A stretch of DNA of 64,000 nucleotides from Nemertoderma westbladi (taxonomy: Eukaryota; Animalia; Xenacoelomorpha). A program made the position numbers and the translations under genes. Positions within the stretch are counted from its first letter, which is position 1. Each line of letters starts with the position of its first letter. Below are positions 1 through 10,763 of this stretch, in pieces. Under the pieces are notes generated by a model. The model was not told the DNA's origin. It saw nothing but the letters and a program-made list of their open reading frames with translations, and searched no databases. The stretch covers positions 39,091 to 103,090 of the forward strand of contig JAUCBJ010001712.1 of NCBI GenBank assembly GCA_032718475.1, written 5' to 3'.

Positions 1-58
1 CCAGTCTTGGCTCATAGACAATCGACTCACGCTACACTTAGGCAAGACAGAAGCCATC

Positions 59-571
59 TTGTTTGGAACGAACCAACGTTTGACGTCCAGTGCACCACTA
101 GCAGTCACTTGTAACGGGAAACCCATATCGAACCGAACTGTTGTCACATACCTGGGTTGCAAACTAGACCAATCAATGAACGGAGAGTCTATGATCACCG
201 CGATAGTCAAGAAAGGGAATTCTAGATTAAAATTTCTTTACCGATTCTCCGGGGTACTAGACTACAACCTACGTCGCCTACTATGTAACGCGCTGATACA
301 GCCACTCATGGACTATGCTGCTGCTGTCTGGTTCTACTCAATCAGCTCAATCTGGCGCAACAAGCTTGAGGCACTGCAGCGGAAGTGCATTCGATATTGC
401 TTATCTTTAGAGGACCGCAGCCACATCTATCCATCGCACTACAAAACCATAAACTGGCTACCAATAGAATATCGAGTGCAACAAAATCTGGTAACTCTTA
501 TGTACAAGACCCAGCACGGAACCTCACCGAGTTACATCCAAGATATGGTTAACTTCAATAAAAACACGTGA
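59..571 (+). pseudogene. LINE ORF2 reverse transcriptase C-terminal fragment
   Basis: YLGCKLD, LIQPLMDYAAAVW, LEALQRKCIR, NWLPI match post-RT thumb motifs; homology continues past the stop (SFDYRGPAFWNALP, ~640-685). Confidence 0.8.
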
Positions 572-806
572 TCTGATCAACACGAACGCCGAGAACAAAA
601 GCATCGATCCCCCATAAGAATACTAAATTCGCACAGAACTCATTCGACTATCGAGGCCCAGCGTTCTGGAACGCCCTACCGAACTGTGTAACAGAGGCAA
701 CGACACTAGAGTCTTTAACACCAAGTAAAACGCCATTACTTAAATACTCTAACCGACGCATGAATCACAATTACTTGCACACTATTAACCCGCTTAATTC
801 ATAAAC

Positions 807-1335
807 ATGCATCGCAGTTCTTTTACTAATAAGTTTGTTTTTCTACCTTTATTTATCTAAATACTTGACAGAATTTTTGACAGTAAATTGACAGAAAAAT
901 TTTAAGTAACAAATTTTAAATTATCCCATCTATAACCATTTTTAGATTAAAGCACTGACTATTTCATTTGTGTATTTCTATTCGTAGTCCTGAATTTAAT
1001 TTAATTTTATTGCTTCCCCAACAATTATACAATCTTATTAGTAGTTCATGTGTATTCTAATCTGTAGTCCACAAACAATGCATCGCAGTTCCTTTACTAA
1101 GTTTGTTTTTTTTATATTTATTTTATCTAAATATTTGACAATTTTAAGTAACAAATTTCAAATTATCCCATCCATAACCATTTTTAGATTAAAGCACTGA
1201 TCATTTTATTTGTGTATTTTTATTTGTAGTCTTGAATTTAATTTTTATTGCTTCCCCAACAATTATACAATTTCATTACTAGTTCATGTGTATTCTAATC
1301 TGTAGTCCTAAATTCAATTTTATTACTTCCCCGAC
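807..1335 (+). repeat. ~270-bp imperfect tandem duplication in the LINE 3' UTR
   Basis: atgcatcgcagttc...ctaatctgtagtcc occurs at ~807-1070 and ~1078-1308. Confidence 0.8.
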
Positions 1336-2152
1336 TATTTTACCTAAAACATTATTACATAGCGGGGACCCACATGGATACGAGGTCCGCCTCATGTGGC
1401 TATCCCATTAAGTGACGATTTTATCGATATAACTCGATGTACTGTTCATATATTTTTCATACCATACTGATTTAAATTCATAACAAAAATATCTCGTACT
1501 GTATCTATAACAATTGTATGGTTTCTAACGTTCTATACCAACTTAAATATTATGTATTATGTGTCCCGTCACTAGTAAATCAATATCAATATCAATATCA
1601 CCATAGCAACAACCACGCTAGAATTAGAAGCGAGTTAAAATAACAATAGAAAGCTTGCCCCATTGAATAGCATACGGAATAAATAGCACACTGCTAGTAT
1701 CCAGGGATACATAATAATAACGTGGCATTTTGGAAGGCACTTGACTAACGGACAAATGGCCCAAATGTGTACAATTTGTGACAGTTGTGTGGAATTTGTG
1801 CGTTTATAGGTGAATGTTACTACTAAAGTGTGTTTACAGTAGCGAGTCGCAGTTGTGAAAGTAGCCCTACCTCTGCAGTAAGAACCTGAAGTAAATCTAA
1901 GCCCTTGGGACCGACAGTGGAGTGACTCGCGCTGGTTATTGTTGTCATTGTGTAGCTACTACATTGGCGAAAGGCACAGAGACGACAGTACATCAGCGCT
2001 GATGATCTTGCGCTGTTCGGGGGCATTGAGGGGTAGGCAGCGACGACCGCTAGCCTAAATATAATTAATTATAAATTCGATAAACTCATATAGCAGCTAT
2101 GACTGAGATGATAGAAGATGATCTTGGTATCAGGGAGTGATATACCCTACCA

Positions 2153-3812
2153 TTGCAAGCGTTTGTTGATAGTTTAATATGCGGCGACGCTAGTCAAACT
2201 ACTACGGAGGACGATGGCCGTTATATCGAACCGCCAATGTCAAAGGAACAACTCACGCGTGAATTGGACTATAGAAAATTCACCGCTCGCTATACGCATC
2301 GTAATGGTACGTATATGGACTTCTTAACTACTGGTCATCCTATCGATTTACACGATACGGATGATGTAGACACCGAAAGGGAAATGGTTCTATTTAAATA
2401 TCATACCCAGCGGAGTCGGAACGATAAACTAAGAAGCGAACACGAAAATTCTATTCGCAACCAAATCGAAAGAGAAGACGTTGAAGAGCCGGATAAACGC
2501 AGTTAATTCAACGAATATCTGGAATTCTTGAGAGAAACATATCTCAATATAGCCAGTCAACAAAATCTAGAAACTCGATATCCTCAAGGTATACATCATG
2601 ACCCTATGATGGAACTCAAACGACTCTATTTCACTATGATGTATCTTACCGCCGATTGACCTCTACCTGTTGTCCCGGATAGCTTTGAACAGATGGAGGA
2701 ATATTTTAAAACTGGAGAATGATCACCCGCGTTTCCCCTACAAGACGTGCGTCTTTGGTATTATTGCGATGAATGCCCTAGACCCAACCAACAAACGGAA
2801 AGACAAACATCCGCGGAGACGTTGCGCTAAACACAGTTTTACTCGCTATACTTATGGGACTTTCGAGCGAAACTTGTTTGACGTATCACCTATGCTTGCT
2901 CGACTCAAACGATCCTTAAATAAACCGATGATCAGAGTTCCGGAATACTCGGTCAGACCTCCTCATTCCCTAGTGAGACCTCAAACTCTTGATCCTAATA
3001 GTATAATGGATCCTCCCGAACTGTCATCACTGTTCAAAGATCTAGTGTTACCCGAACAATTAGGCGGTGGCACTCCGGTTGTGGGCTCCCTAGATATTCG
3101 CCCATCTTACCTCGCCGGATTGGGACGCGGACACCTAATATCGCCGTTCAACCGTATAATCGTCCCTGTTTAACCCGATACAACCTGTCACCGAGGTGGA
3201 GGAGAGAGTTGTACGAAACGCATTAGACACTATTCCACAAAAGATCGGAAAAGGAACTTACGATTGTTTAGAGAAACGTAAATTGCAGCAGCAAGTCCAA
3301 GCGATAAACGAATTAGCTTTATCTCAGTTTGATCAGGAAATCCAGAATCTCTAAGAAGATATCGAACTTGGACGACCCTACTCTCTGCAAGAGTTTTGGA
3401 CGAATGCTTTCAACGACAAGAGGAGGAAAATCAGCTCGAGGAGAAGCATATCGATTCCGATAGAGCCAGAGAACGCGAGTTGAAAAGAATTATCAAACCG
3501 AGGAAATTTCTCACTACACACGGTCCACCTACCGCTCTCGTGCAAACGACCCATCAGGGACCAGTAAGAGCTGCTGTCTTAAAACACGCTCTCAAGGTTG
3601 TTCGACCTCGTTCCACTGAGGTTGATACTGATCAACCGGGTACCTCGACTAGCGGATACACCGACCGTAACCCTAAACCTTCCGATGCAATTGTATTGCA
3701 CCCCTCACCCAGGAGTTATAGCCCTCCTAGTAAAGTGGCTCGCCCCAAAGAGAAAAGGACTCTTGCTAGCCTCAAAAAACTTCGTAAACGCCGTTCACGT
3801 AAGAAGGACTAA
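2153..3812 (+). pseudogene. Disrupted accessory ORF in the ORF3 position just upstream of a PPT and LTR
   Basis: Colinear ORF pieces 2153-2506, 2670-3173, 3396-3812 ending in a basic tail ~80 bp before the PPT; no gag/pol motifs recognised. Confidence 0.5.
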
Positions 3813-3890
3813 CTGTTTAGAGTATTTTTATATTTTAGAAACTGTGATTTTTTATATTTTATAGAATTAAATCCTATTTTCTGGGAGCGG

Positions 3891-4526
3891 TGTAAAAGCT
3901 TTTGCGGACATAACAAGTCATTTTTCTCCGCAATATACCGTGTAGGTGCTTTAGCGGACATAACAAGTCATTTTCTCCGCAATGTACCGTGTAGGTGCTT
4001 TAGCGGACATAACAAGTCATATTTTGCCGCAATGCGCCTAATACTCTAAAAAGATTGTAGCTCAGATGACGAAATCTGTCAGCTGATTTACTGCATACGT
4101 GGAACCTCTCTTTGTTCTGCTCAGCCAATCAGAGCGATTTTCATTTTATGTTGGACAAGGGCCTATGTAAAACCGCGCAATGCATTTGTTTACCTTTTCT
4201 GAGCCTCAGAACACTGGCTTAGAATTCTTCTGTGCTTCTGTAGAAGTTTCAGACTTTGGCCAAACATTAGATGGCTTTGATTATATGAACGTAAATCTAT
4301 TATCAAACCGATTCAACTACCGATCACCTGTAACGCATTACTGAGCAACACTGCAATACCATACTGTCATTATTTTACTTCTATTTTACTGTCGGTTATT
4401 AATTGTTGTATATTGATGGATATGTTGTTATATTTGGAGAATACCGATAAATAATCATAAAACCCCCAATCTTCTTGATTACTGAAGGTAAGAGGGACCG
4501 GTTACCTGTACCAATTGCGACTTACA
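3891..4526 (+). repeat. 3' LTR of a truncated LTR retrotransposon (probably Bel/Pao)
   Basis: TGTAA...TTACA ends; preceded by TTTTCTGGGAGCGG, nearly the same as the PPT of the large Bel/Pao element (TTTTCATGGAGCGG); CCAAT box; ~51-bp tandem repeat x3 at 3898-4035. Confidence 0.7.
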
Positions 4527-4545
4527 TTGTAGTGGTTTTGGTGTG

Positions 4546-4975
4546 AGTAGTAGGGTCTTGGTCCTCTCTGCGACACTTGGACCTCACTGACACCCATTGG
4601 GTGTCATATGACACCCAATTATCACCCTATGGGTGTCATTGGGTGTCATTGGCGCCAGACTGTCTGGCTGACACCTCCCAATTAGGCTAATTAGACCCTA
4701 ATTGACAGGTGTCATCAATTAATTAGTACAATTAAACCCTAACAGGTGTCATATGACTCCTAATTAGGGTTTAATTGATTATCCTAATTAATCAGTCTGA
4801 TTAGCGCCCTGACACACAATGGGTCATCAGTGTTGTCCAACTGTCGCAGAGAGGAGCAAGAGGGTGTCATAAGTGACACCGCAGCTCTTTTATTCATTAA
4901 TACTTATTTATTTATATTTAATTTTAATTAATTATTTGTATTCTATTTTACTTTATTTATTCATTTGTACTTTAT
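4546..4975 (+). repeat. Left TIR of the Maverick-like element
   Basis: Reverse complement of ~10330-10763; many internal TGACACC/GGTGTCA motifs. Confidence 0.92.
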
Positions 4976-5180
4976 ACATTGATTTCTTAGCCATACTTAG
5001 ACATAGGGTATACAGCTCCCTTACTGGTAACTAATTACTCCAGACAGCTTTATCGTTGACCTTTGACCCCCAATTAGCTTTAACCAAGCAACAGCTTATT
5101 AATAATAGTTGTATCCAAGCGCCCCGCCCCCCTCTCGTGACAGCTCTGATTACTAATTACTCTTATCTATGTCCAGCCGT

Positions 5181-5211
5181 CTGCAGTTCCATAGTCTGCC
5201 GCTAGAGGGCG
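5181..5211 (+). promoter_or_regulatory. CTCF-like site 1 (core plus upstream motif)
   Basis: CTGCAGTTCC-atagt-CTGCCGCTAGAGGGCG. Confidence 0.6.
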
Positions 5212-5413
5212 TATTGTCTAAAAATTAACATCTTCTCTAGCTTTGTTATTTACAATCCGCAAAACCATGAAGTTATATTGCTTAAGAGTTCTAAGGGGCG
5301 AGCCATGAGGCAAGATGTTTGAGGCTTATTTAGATATATTATTACTTAATTTGACCCCCCAAACGGCATCTATTACGGCATAGGCTATATCTTTTGCAGG
5401 GTCACAGAGTAGT

Positions 5414-5444
5414 CTGAAGTTCCCCAGTCTGCCGCTAGAGGGCG
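5414..5444 (+). promoter_or_regulatory. CTCF-like site 2 (core plus upstream motif)
   Basis: CTGAAGTTCC-ccagt-CTGCCGCTAGAGGGCG. Confidence 0.6.
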
Positions 5445-5539
5445 AAATGTCTTAAAGTGAAAACTATACGGTAGCCATGAATTGGTTACTAGGCAATAAT
5501 ACGGCATTTTGCAACGTTAGGCCTATTGCTAACCAAACG

Positions 5540-5622
5540 AAAACTGCCCTGGTTCATGCGGGGATCGAACCCATGACATACGGGAGATGTGAATTCAACG
5601 CAACCACTACACCAAGGTGGAA
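5540..5622 (-). ncRNA. tRNA-derived Pol III unit (Val-CAC-like, degenerate)
   Basis: A box TGGTGTAGTGG, B box GGTTCGATCCC, downstream TTTT; anticodon and acceptor stems pair poorly. Confidence 0.55.
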
Positions 5623-5685
5623 CAGTAACCTTCGAATTTGTTCGTTGACGTTCGAATTTGTAAGACTCACATTTAAGACCTGACA

Positions 5686-5860
5686 CAGACTATGCCTCAC
5701 TGAGGCACTGAGGCATAGACTATGACTCACTGAGGCATAGTCTATGCCTCACTGAGGCACTGAGGCATAGACTATGCCTCACTGGGCACTGAGGCATAGT
5801 CTATGCCTCACTGAGGCATAGTCTATGCCTCAGTGAGTCATAGTCTATGCCTCAGTGCCT
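5686..5860. repeat. Palindromic minisatellite built from GCCTCA(C/G)TGAGGC and CATAG(A/T)CTATG
   Basis: Concatenated short palindromes seen directly. Confidence 0.85.
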
Positions 5861-6254
5861 AACGCCCTGATTTACAACAAACTGAAGCCTCTAGAACAAA
5901 AACTGGGTTGCCAGATTCGCTGTCTAGTCGGTGATACGGACGGATTCTCTAATGCTAAGCGTAACTAATACACCACAGCTAACCTTTCAGGTGCGAGTAC
6001 AGTGGTAAAGCCCATCCATAGTGAGATAACGTCGCACTAGCTCTCAAGGATAGTTATACTCACCATTCAAATATCCCTCGCAAACAACATCTAAAGTATT
6101 CCACTTCAATGAAAAATATATAATGCAATATAACTCGAATATTTCTGTTTTTATAATATAAATAATAATTGTAGCATAAATTTATCATTTAACATAAATA
6201 TAATGTGAAAATTCACTTTAACATAGAGTAACTAAACTAAACACAAAATAGGAT

Positions 6255-6745
6255 AAACAGATGGTCACGGGTTCAATCCCTACTCCGCGACCAATATAAA
6301 ACCAACACAAAATAAGTTAAACATAGAATAACTAGAGTACCTAAACTAAACATAAAATAGGATAAACAGGTGGTCACATGTTCGATCCCTAGTCATATCC
6401 CGTTTTATGGAAAATAAACAGGAGGCCATAGGTTCAATCCCTACTCGCGACCAATATACAACCAACACAAAATAAGTTAAACATAAAATAACTAGAGTAC
6501 CTAAACTAAACATAAATTAGGAAAAACATATGCTCACAGGTTCGATCCCTATTCATATCCCGTTTTATGGAAAATAAACAGAAGGTCATGGGTTCAATCC
6601 CTACTCGCGACCATTATAAAACCAACACAAAATAAGTTAAACCAGGGTTCGAGTCCTACTAATGCAATTATAAAAAGTAGGTAACACGGATGGTCATGGA
6701 TTCAAACCCTACTCACGGAAAAATAAAAACCAACACAAAATAAAT
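6255..6745 (+). repeat. ~160-bp higher-order repeat with 7 tRNA T-loop/B-box motifs
   Basis: GGTTC(A/G)ATCCC-like motifs near 6271, 6378, 6431, 6539, 6591, 6646, 6699; three are followed by TACTC(C)GCGACCA. Confidence 0.75.
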
Positions 6746-6782
6746 AATATAGTAAACTTTCATGTATACCATAGTAAATAAA

Positions 6783-7298
6783 CTAATTTAATAATAAAGT
6801 TTGTAAAATAGATAATGATCCGGGGAATTCACCGGCAGGACACATGGAAACAATTTTATTACTATGAAATACACTGAAATATGCACGTCCTATATATATT
6901 CTAATCGCGCAAAATAATTCAGGGGTATAGCTAATAAATATTGCTTTATTATTAATTGTATGATGTCCACATTTTTTCATTAATAATTTAAAATTAACAC
7001 TTGGAAAAATAATAGTTCGTGTTTCGGTATTAAGTTTCAAATTTTGTAATTGCAAACCGATAGTTTGTTTTAAATAAAGCAATTCACTAGCTAAATTATT
7101 GCACAGGCCTACAATTGTTACTGCGCCGCTGGGAAATAGCATTATAGTTGAATCGTCACCTTTGTAGATAAACATGTTTGGTTTTAAGCATCTTTGACCT
7201 GTAATTTGCTGTGAAATTTTCTCTAGTTCAAATTTGGCAATGTTTTTTCCGGTAAACTGTTTATTGGTTAATTCTATTTTGATGCTCAATTTCTTATT
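6783..7298 (-). CDS. TATA-binding-protein (TBP)-like protein, probably a spliced exon
   Basis: TIMLFPSGAVTIVG, SYTPELFCAIRIY and FSVFHSNKIV resemble TBP ALIFSSGKMVCTG, SYEPELFPGLIYR and LLIFVSGKVV; no ATG at the ORF start, but a pyrimidine-rich AG acceptor at 7300-7299. Confidence 0.65.
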   Translation of the reverse strand, partial: NKKLSIKIELTNKQFTGKNIAKFELEKISQQITGQRCLKPNMFIYKGDDSTIMLFPSGAVTIVGLCNNLASELLYLKQTIGLQLQNLKLNTETRTIIFPSVNFKLLMKKCGHHTINNKAIFISYTPELFCAIRIYIGRAYFSVFHSNKIVSMCPAGEFPGSLSILQTLLLN

Positions 7299-7318
7299 CT
7301 AGAAATTAAAATTAAATC

Positions 7319-7903
7319 CTATTGACCCGTTAAATAGGGGTTGCGTTGGGAACATGCAATCTCAATAGTTATTCGCTCGATGGCTATTATGCGCCAACCC
7401 GAGCCGAGGCAGAGAAACACGCTTAACAGTTGATCGATACGATTGACGGCGCTAGAAAACCAGTTATTAAAGTCGCTATTATTTAGAATTTGATTATTGT
7501 TACCGCTAGATTTAAAACAGAAAGATTCAATTTGAAATCCCTCGCTCGTTTCACGCTCCATTACGATGTTGATTGTAAGCCAGACTCTTAAAAAAGTTCC
7601 CATGGCACTACGTAAATGGCTACTAACGTGTTCTTGAATGTGTGGAAAATTTTCGTTTAATGTTAATTCAGCATCGAGTCTTGTTTCTGTGAGGTCGTTG
7701 TTATAGGTAAACAGTCGTCCGTGTGCGCTTCCGTTGGAGGGGGGTTGAAATGGATTGTTTGGGGAAATAGAATCTCGCGAAGTTGAAGGTTCATTATTGG
7801 AGCCGCCGCCGCCGACTTGTTCTGGAGTAGAGTTGATGGAGGGATGAGTGGGAGGTAGTCGGAGTTTTGCGTTTCCGCGAAAAAAGTCGAGTGTAGCATT
7901 CAT
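7319..7903 (-). CDS. GSGW-motif protein resembling the N-terminal region of Polinton protein-primed DNA polymerase (truncated)
   Basis: QVGGGG and FLCLGSGWRIIAIERITIEI motifs; no exonuclease or polymerase motifs follow. Confidence 0.55.
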   Translation of the reverse strand: MNATLDFFRGNAKLRLPPTHPSINSTPEQVGGGGSNNEPSTSRDSISPNNPFQPPSNGSAHGRLFTYNNDLTETRLDAELTLNENFPHIQEHVSSHLRSAMGTFLRVWLTINIVMERETSEGFQIESFCFKSSGNNNQILNNSDFNNWFSSAVNRIDQLLSVFLCLGSGWRIIAIERITIEIACSQRNPYLTGQ

Positions 7904-8156
7904 GCTCAGAAAAGGATGACAGGGTGAGCGAATCCCCGCAGCGGCAATCGGCTGGCTCGTTTACGTAACTAAATCCTGTTCCCCCCTGAGGACACGAAGC
8001 AAGATGGCCAACCAGCGTCTTCTTTTCCGAAGACCAAGTCGGACAGCAGTCGCATCGATATTGCACGAAATGAGTTTTAATATGGGATTTTAGATTATCA
8101 CTCCGCATCTCTTTGTCGCAGATGGGACAGCTAACTTTATTTGTTGATCTTGGCAT
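7794..8156 (-). CDS. C2H2 zinc-finger ORF, probably the frameshifted N-terminus of the GSGW ORF
   Basis: CPICDKEMRSDNLKSHIKTH plus two further Cys/His clusters; ATG lies 7 nt after an acceptor-like TTTTTCTAG. Confidence 0.65.
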   Translation of the reverse strand: MPRSTNKVSCPICDKEMRSDNLKSHIKTHFVQYRCDCCPTWSSEKKTLVGHLASCPQGGTGFSYVNEPADCRCGDSLTLSSFSEHECYTRLFSRKRKTPTTSHSSLHQLYSRTSRRRRLQ

Positions 8157-8706
8157 CTTGAATCTAGAAAAATACGTTGATTATTTATAAAAAATAAAAA
8201 ATACTGTATACGTGCTAAAAATAAAGTAAAACAGTGGATATTAATCGGTTACTAGGCAACAATACTGTGTTTGTATAGTTAGGCCTATTGCTGTATTGTA
8301 GCAATCAGTCAGTGAAACATAAAGCAGACAGTCGGCAGTGTCTAGTGTAGTAGTGTTAGTGTACCAGCGGTCAGATAGTGGCGATAACCAAGACACAATA
8401 GCGATGCCAGTTATTATTCGTGGAAAGAGGGTCTATAAACAGCAGTCAGTCAGTGCAGTAGTGCTAGTGATATAGTCTGCTAGAAGTCAGACGTACCGGT
8501 AGCGTTAACCAATAGAAATCAACGATAGGCTTAGCTAATCGCTGTGTGAGATCTCAGTTAGTCAGTAGGATATATAGTGAAAACTGCAGTATTCATTGTT
8601 GTTCAGTAGGGTCTATATCGTTACTACAGTGGCACTAGGCTAACTCGAATGATGCGGTACCGGTAGTTGGGTAGACAAGCAGATAGACACATTTAGGCCT
8701 AATGAG

Positions 8707-9485
8707 CGAATGCTTCGATCATGGTTTAGGCTATCGGTACCACCGCAGTCTGACAGTAATTAATAGTGAGCCTACTGCAATACTGTTGTACTGGTAGATA
8801 ATAAATGTAAATTGTTTGCTAGCGGCATCGATAGTACCGTCAGATGGTGGAAGGCAGATTTTACTTACGGTATTAGTAAATATTCACGGAAAGAAGAAGT
8901 TTGGATGTTCGCGAAGAAGTTGGTTGACGTGGACGACGAGAGAGTTTATTAATCGATAGAACGGAATGATATCGGAAATTAGAAATAATGGAATATTACG
9001 CGGCGGATATGCGGAAAGTTTGTTGTCGACGATGAGCAATAGCACGGCGAAATGATACTAGAAAAATAAGATGATTATTTGTAAAAAGATAAAAAATACT
9101 GTAAGCAGATAGGCGGATGTAAGCCTATTGATCGAATGCTTCGATCACGGTTTAGGCTATCGGTACCACCGCAGTCTGACAGTAATTAATAATGAGCCTA
9201 CTGCAATACTGTTGTACCGGTAGACATTAAATGTAAATTGTTTGCTAGCGGCGTCGAAAGTATAGCTAGATGGAAGGCAGATTTTACTTACGGTGTTAGT
9301 AAATATTCACGGAAAGAAGAAGTTTGGAAGTTCGGTGGCGATGAGGAAGTTGGTTGACGTGGACGACGAGAGAGTTTATCAACCGATAGAACGGAATGGT
9401 ATCGGAAATTAGAAATATTGAAATATTACGCGGTGGATACGCGGAAAGTTTGTTGTCGACGATGAGCGAAAACGCGGCGAAATGA
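8707..9485 (-). repeat. ~426-bp tandem duplication creating two ATG-free putative leader exons
   Basis: 8707-9057 matches 9133-9485; each copy has a GTAAGT donor (8868, 9291). Confidence 0.75.
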
Positions 9486-9514
9486 CAATAATACAACTCT
9501 ACAAGTGGGTTGTT

Positions 9515-9760
9515 GACTGATGATAACAAATAAATATTCTTAAATAAATAATATTAAATTCGAAAACAAAATAATGGTAAATGATGTTAATCGTAACTTG
9601 CAATTGAAATAATGATCTAATAAATTGGTGGGGACTTATTAAATAGTAATTCGGTTAGTAGGGGAGGCCCTTGTCTCTTAAATGAGCCAATCAGAGCGCA
9701 GCAGCAGAAATGAAGCCCGCTGATTGGCTGTTCATGCATAAGCGGTTACCAGGGCAACTT
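9515..9760 (-). promoter_or_regulatory. Putative Pol II promoter of the Maverick-like element
   Basis: TCAGTC initiator (9520-9515), TATTTAAG 28 nt upstream, two CCAAT boxes (~9687, ~9723), RFX X-box-like GTTACCAGGGCAAC (~9745-9758). Confidence 0.5.
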
Positions 9761-10329
9761 CTCGTGTTGATGAATCTATTAGAAAACTCTTGTAAGCATC
9801 TTGACTAATTATATTGAGTTGGCTGTATAACAGAAGCAGGTCTGGTGCAAAGGAAAGGGATTAGTAGAGAGGAATGCGTGATTAGAGGCGCTTCATTGTT
9901 ATGATAGGGGCTGCCTGGATATAGGAAAGGGACAAAGCGACGTCGGCTATAGTGGGAACAATGGAGGGCCGCTAGAGCATTAGCCTTGGGCGACATAGGG
10001 ATTTGCTGTAGTCAAGGCCGCGATGGGATTATTAGTGAGTCATCGAAGGGACTGCTAACAGACGGGATCGCTCATTTATATTTGCCTTGGGGTATACGTG
10101 TAGATTCACTGCCTGTTGTATCTAGTTAATGAATAATGATGGCAGAGGAGGGGCCCCCCGCCGATGAACGTAGTTGATAGTTGCCAGTAGGGAGCCGTAT
10201 ACCATAGCCATTATAAAGTTAAAAATAGATATTATGTCATAGTGATCTCGTTGGTAATATAAAAACTAATTAATCTAAAAATAGAAATCAATGTATAAAG
10301 TAAAAGTAATATAAACAATTAATTAATTT

Positions 10330-10763
10330 AAAATAAAGTACAAATGAATAAATAAAGTAAAATAAAGTACAAATAATTAATTAAAATTAAATATAAATAA
10401 ATAGGTATTAATGAATAAAAGAGCTGCGGTGTCACTTATGACACCCTCTTCCCCCTTCTCTGCGACAGTTGGACATCACTGATGACCCATTGTGTGTCAG
10501 GGCGCTAATCAGTCTGATTAATTAGGATAATCAATTAAACCCTAATTAGGAGTCATATGACACCTGTTAGGGTTTAATTATACTAATTAATTGATGACAC
10601 CTGTCAATTAGGGTCTAATTAGCCTAATTGGGAGGTGTCACCCAGACAGTCTGGCGCCAATGACACCCAATGACACCCATAGGGTGATAATTGGGTGTCA
10701 TATGACACCCAATGGGTGTCAGTTAGGTCCAACTGTCACAGAGAGGAGGAAGACCCTACTACT
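10330..10763 (-). repeat. Right TIR of the Maverick-like element
   Basis: Inverted copy of 4546-4975. Confidence 0.92.

Larger units (their letters stand above)
1..1600 (+). mobile_element. 3' end of a non-LTR retrotransposon (CR1/L2-like LINE), truncated by the window edge
   Basis: RT C-terminal ORF followed by a long AT-rich 3' UTR ending in a (CAATAT)n tandem tail at ~1578-1600. Confidence 0.75.
4546..10763 (-). mobile_element. Non-autonomous Maverick/Polinton-like element (6218 bp)
   Basis: Termini AGTAGTAGGGTCTT / AAGACCCTACTACT, ~430-bp TIRs, 6-bp TSD GGTGTG (4540-4545, 10764-10769); no integrase, capsid, ATPase or polymerase core recognised. Confidence 0.85.

Noticed and set aside
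6255-6745. Functional tRNA gene cluster
   Set aside because: Only T-arm/3' halves are present; no A boxes, D arms or anticodon arms.
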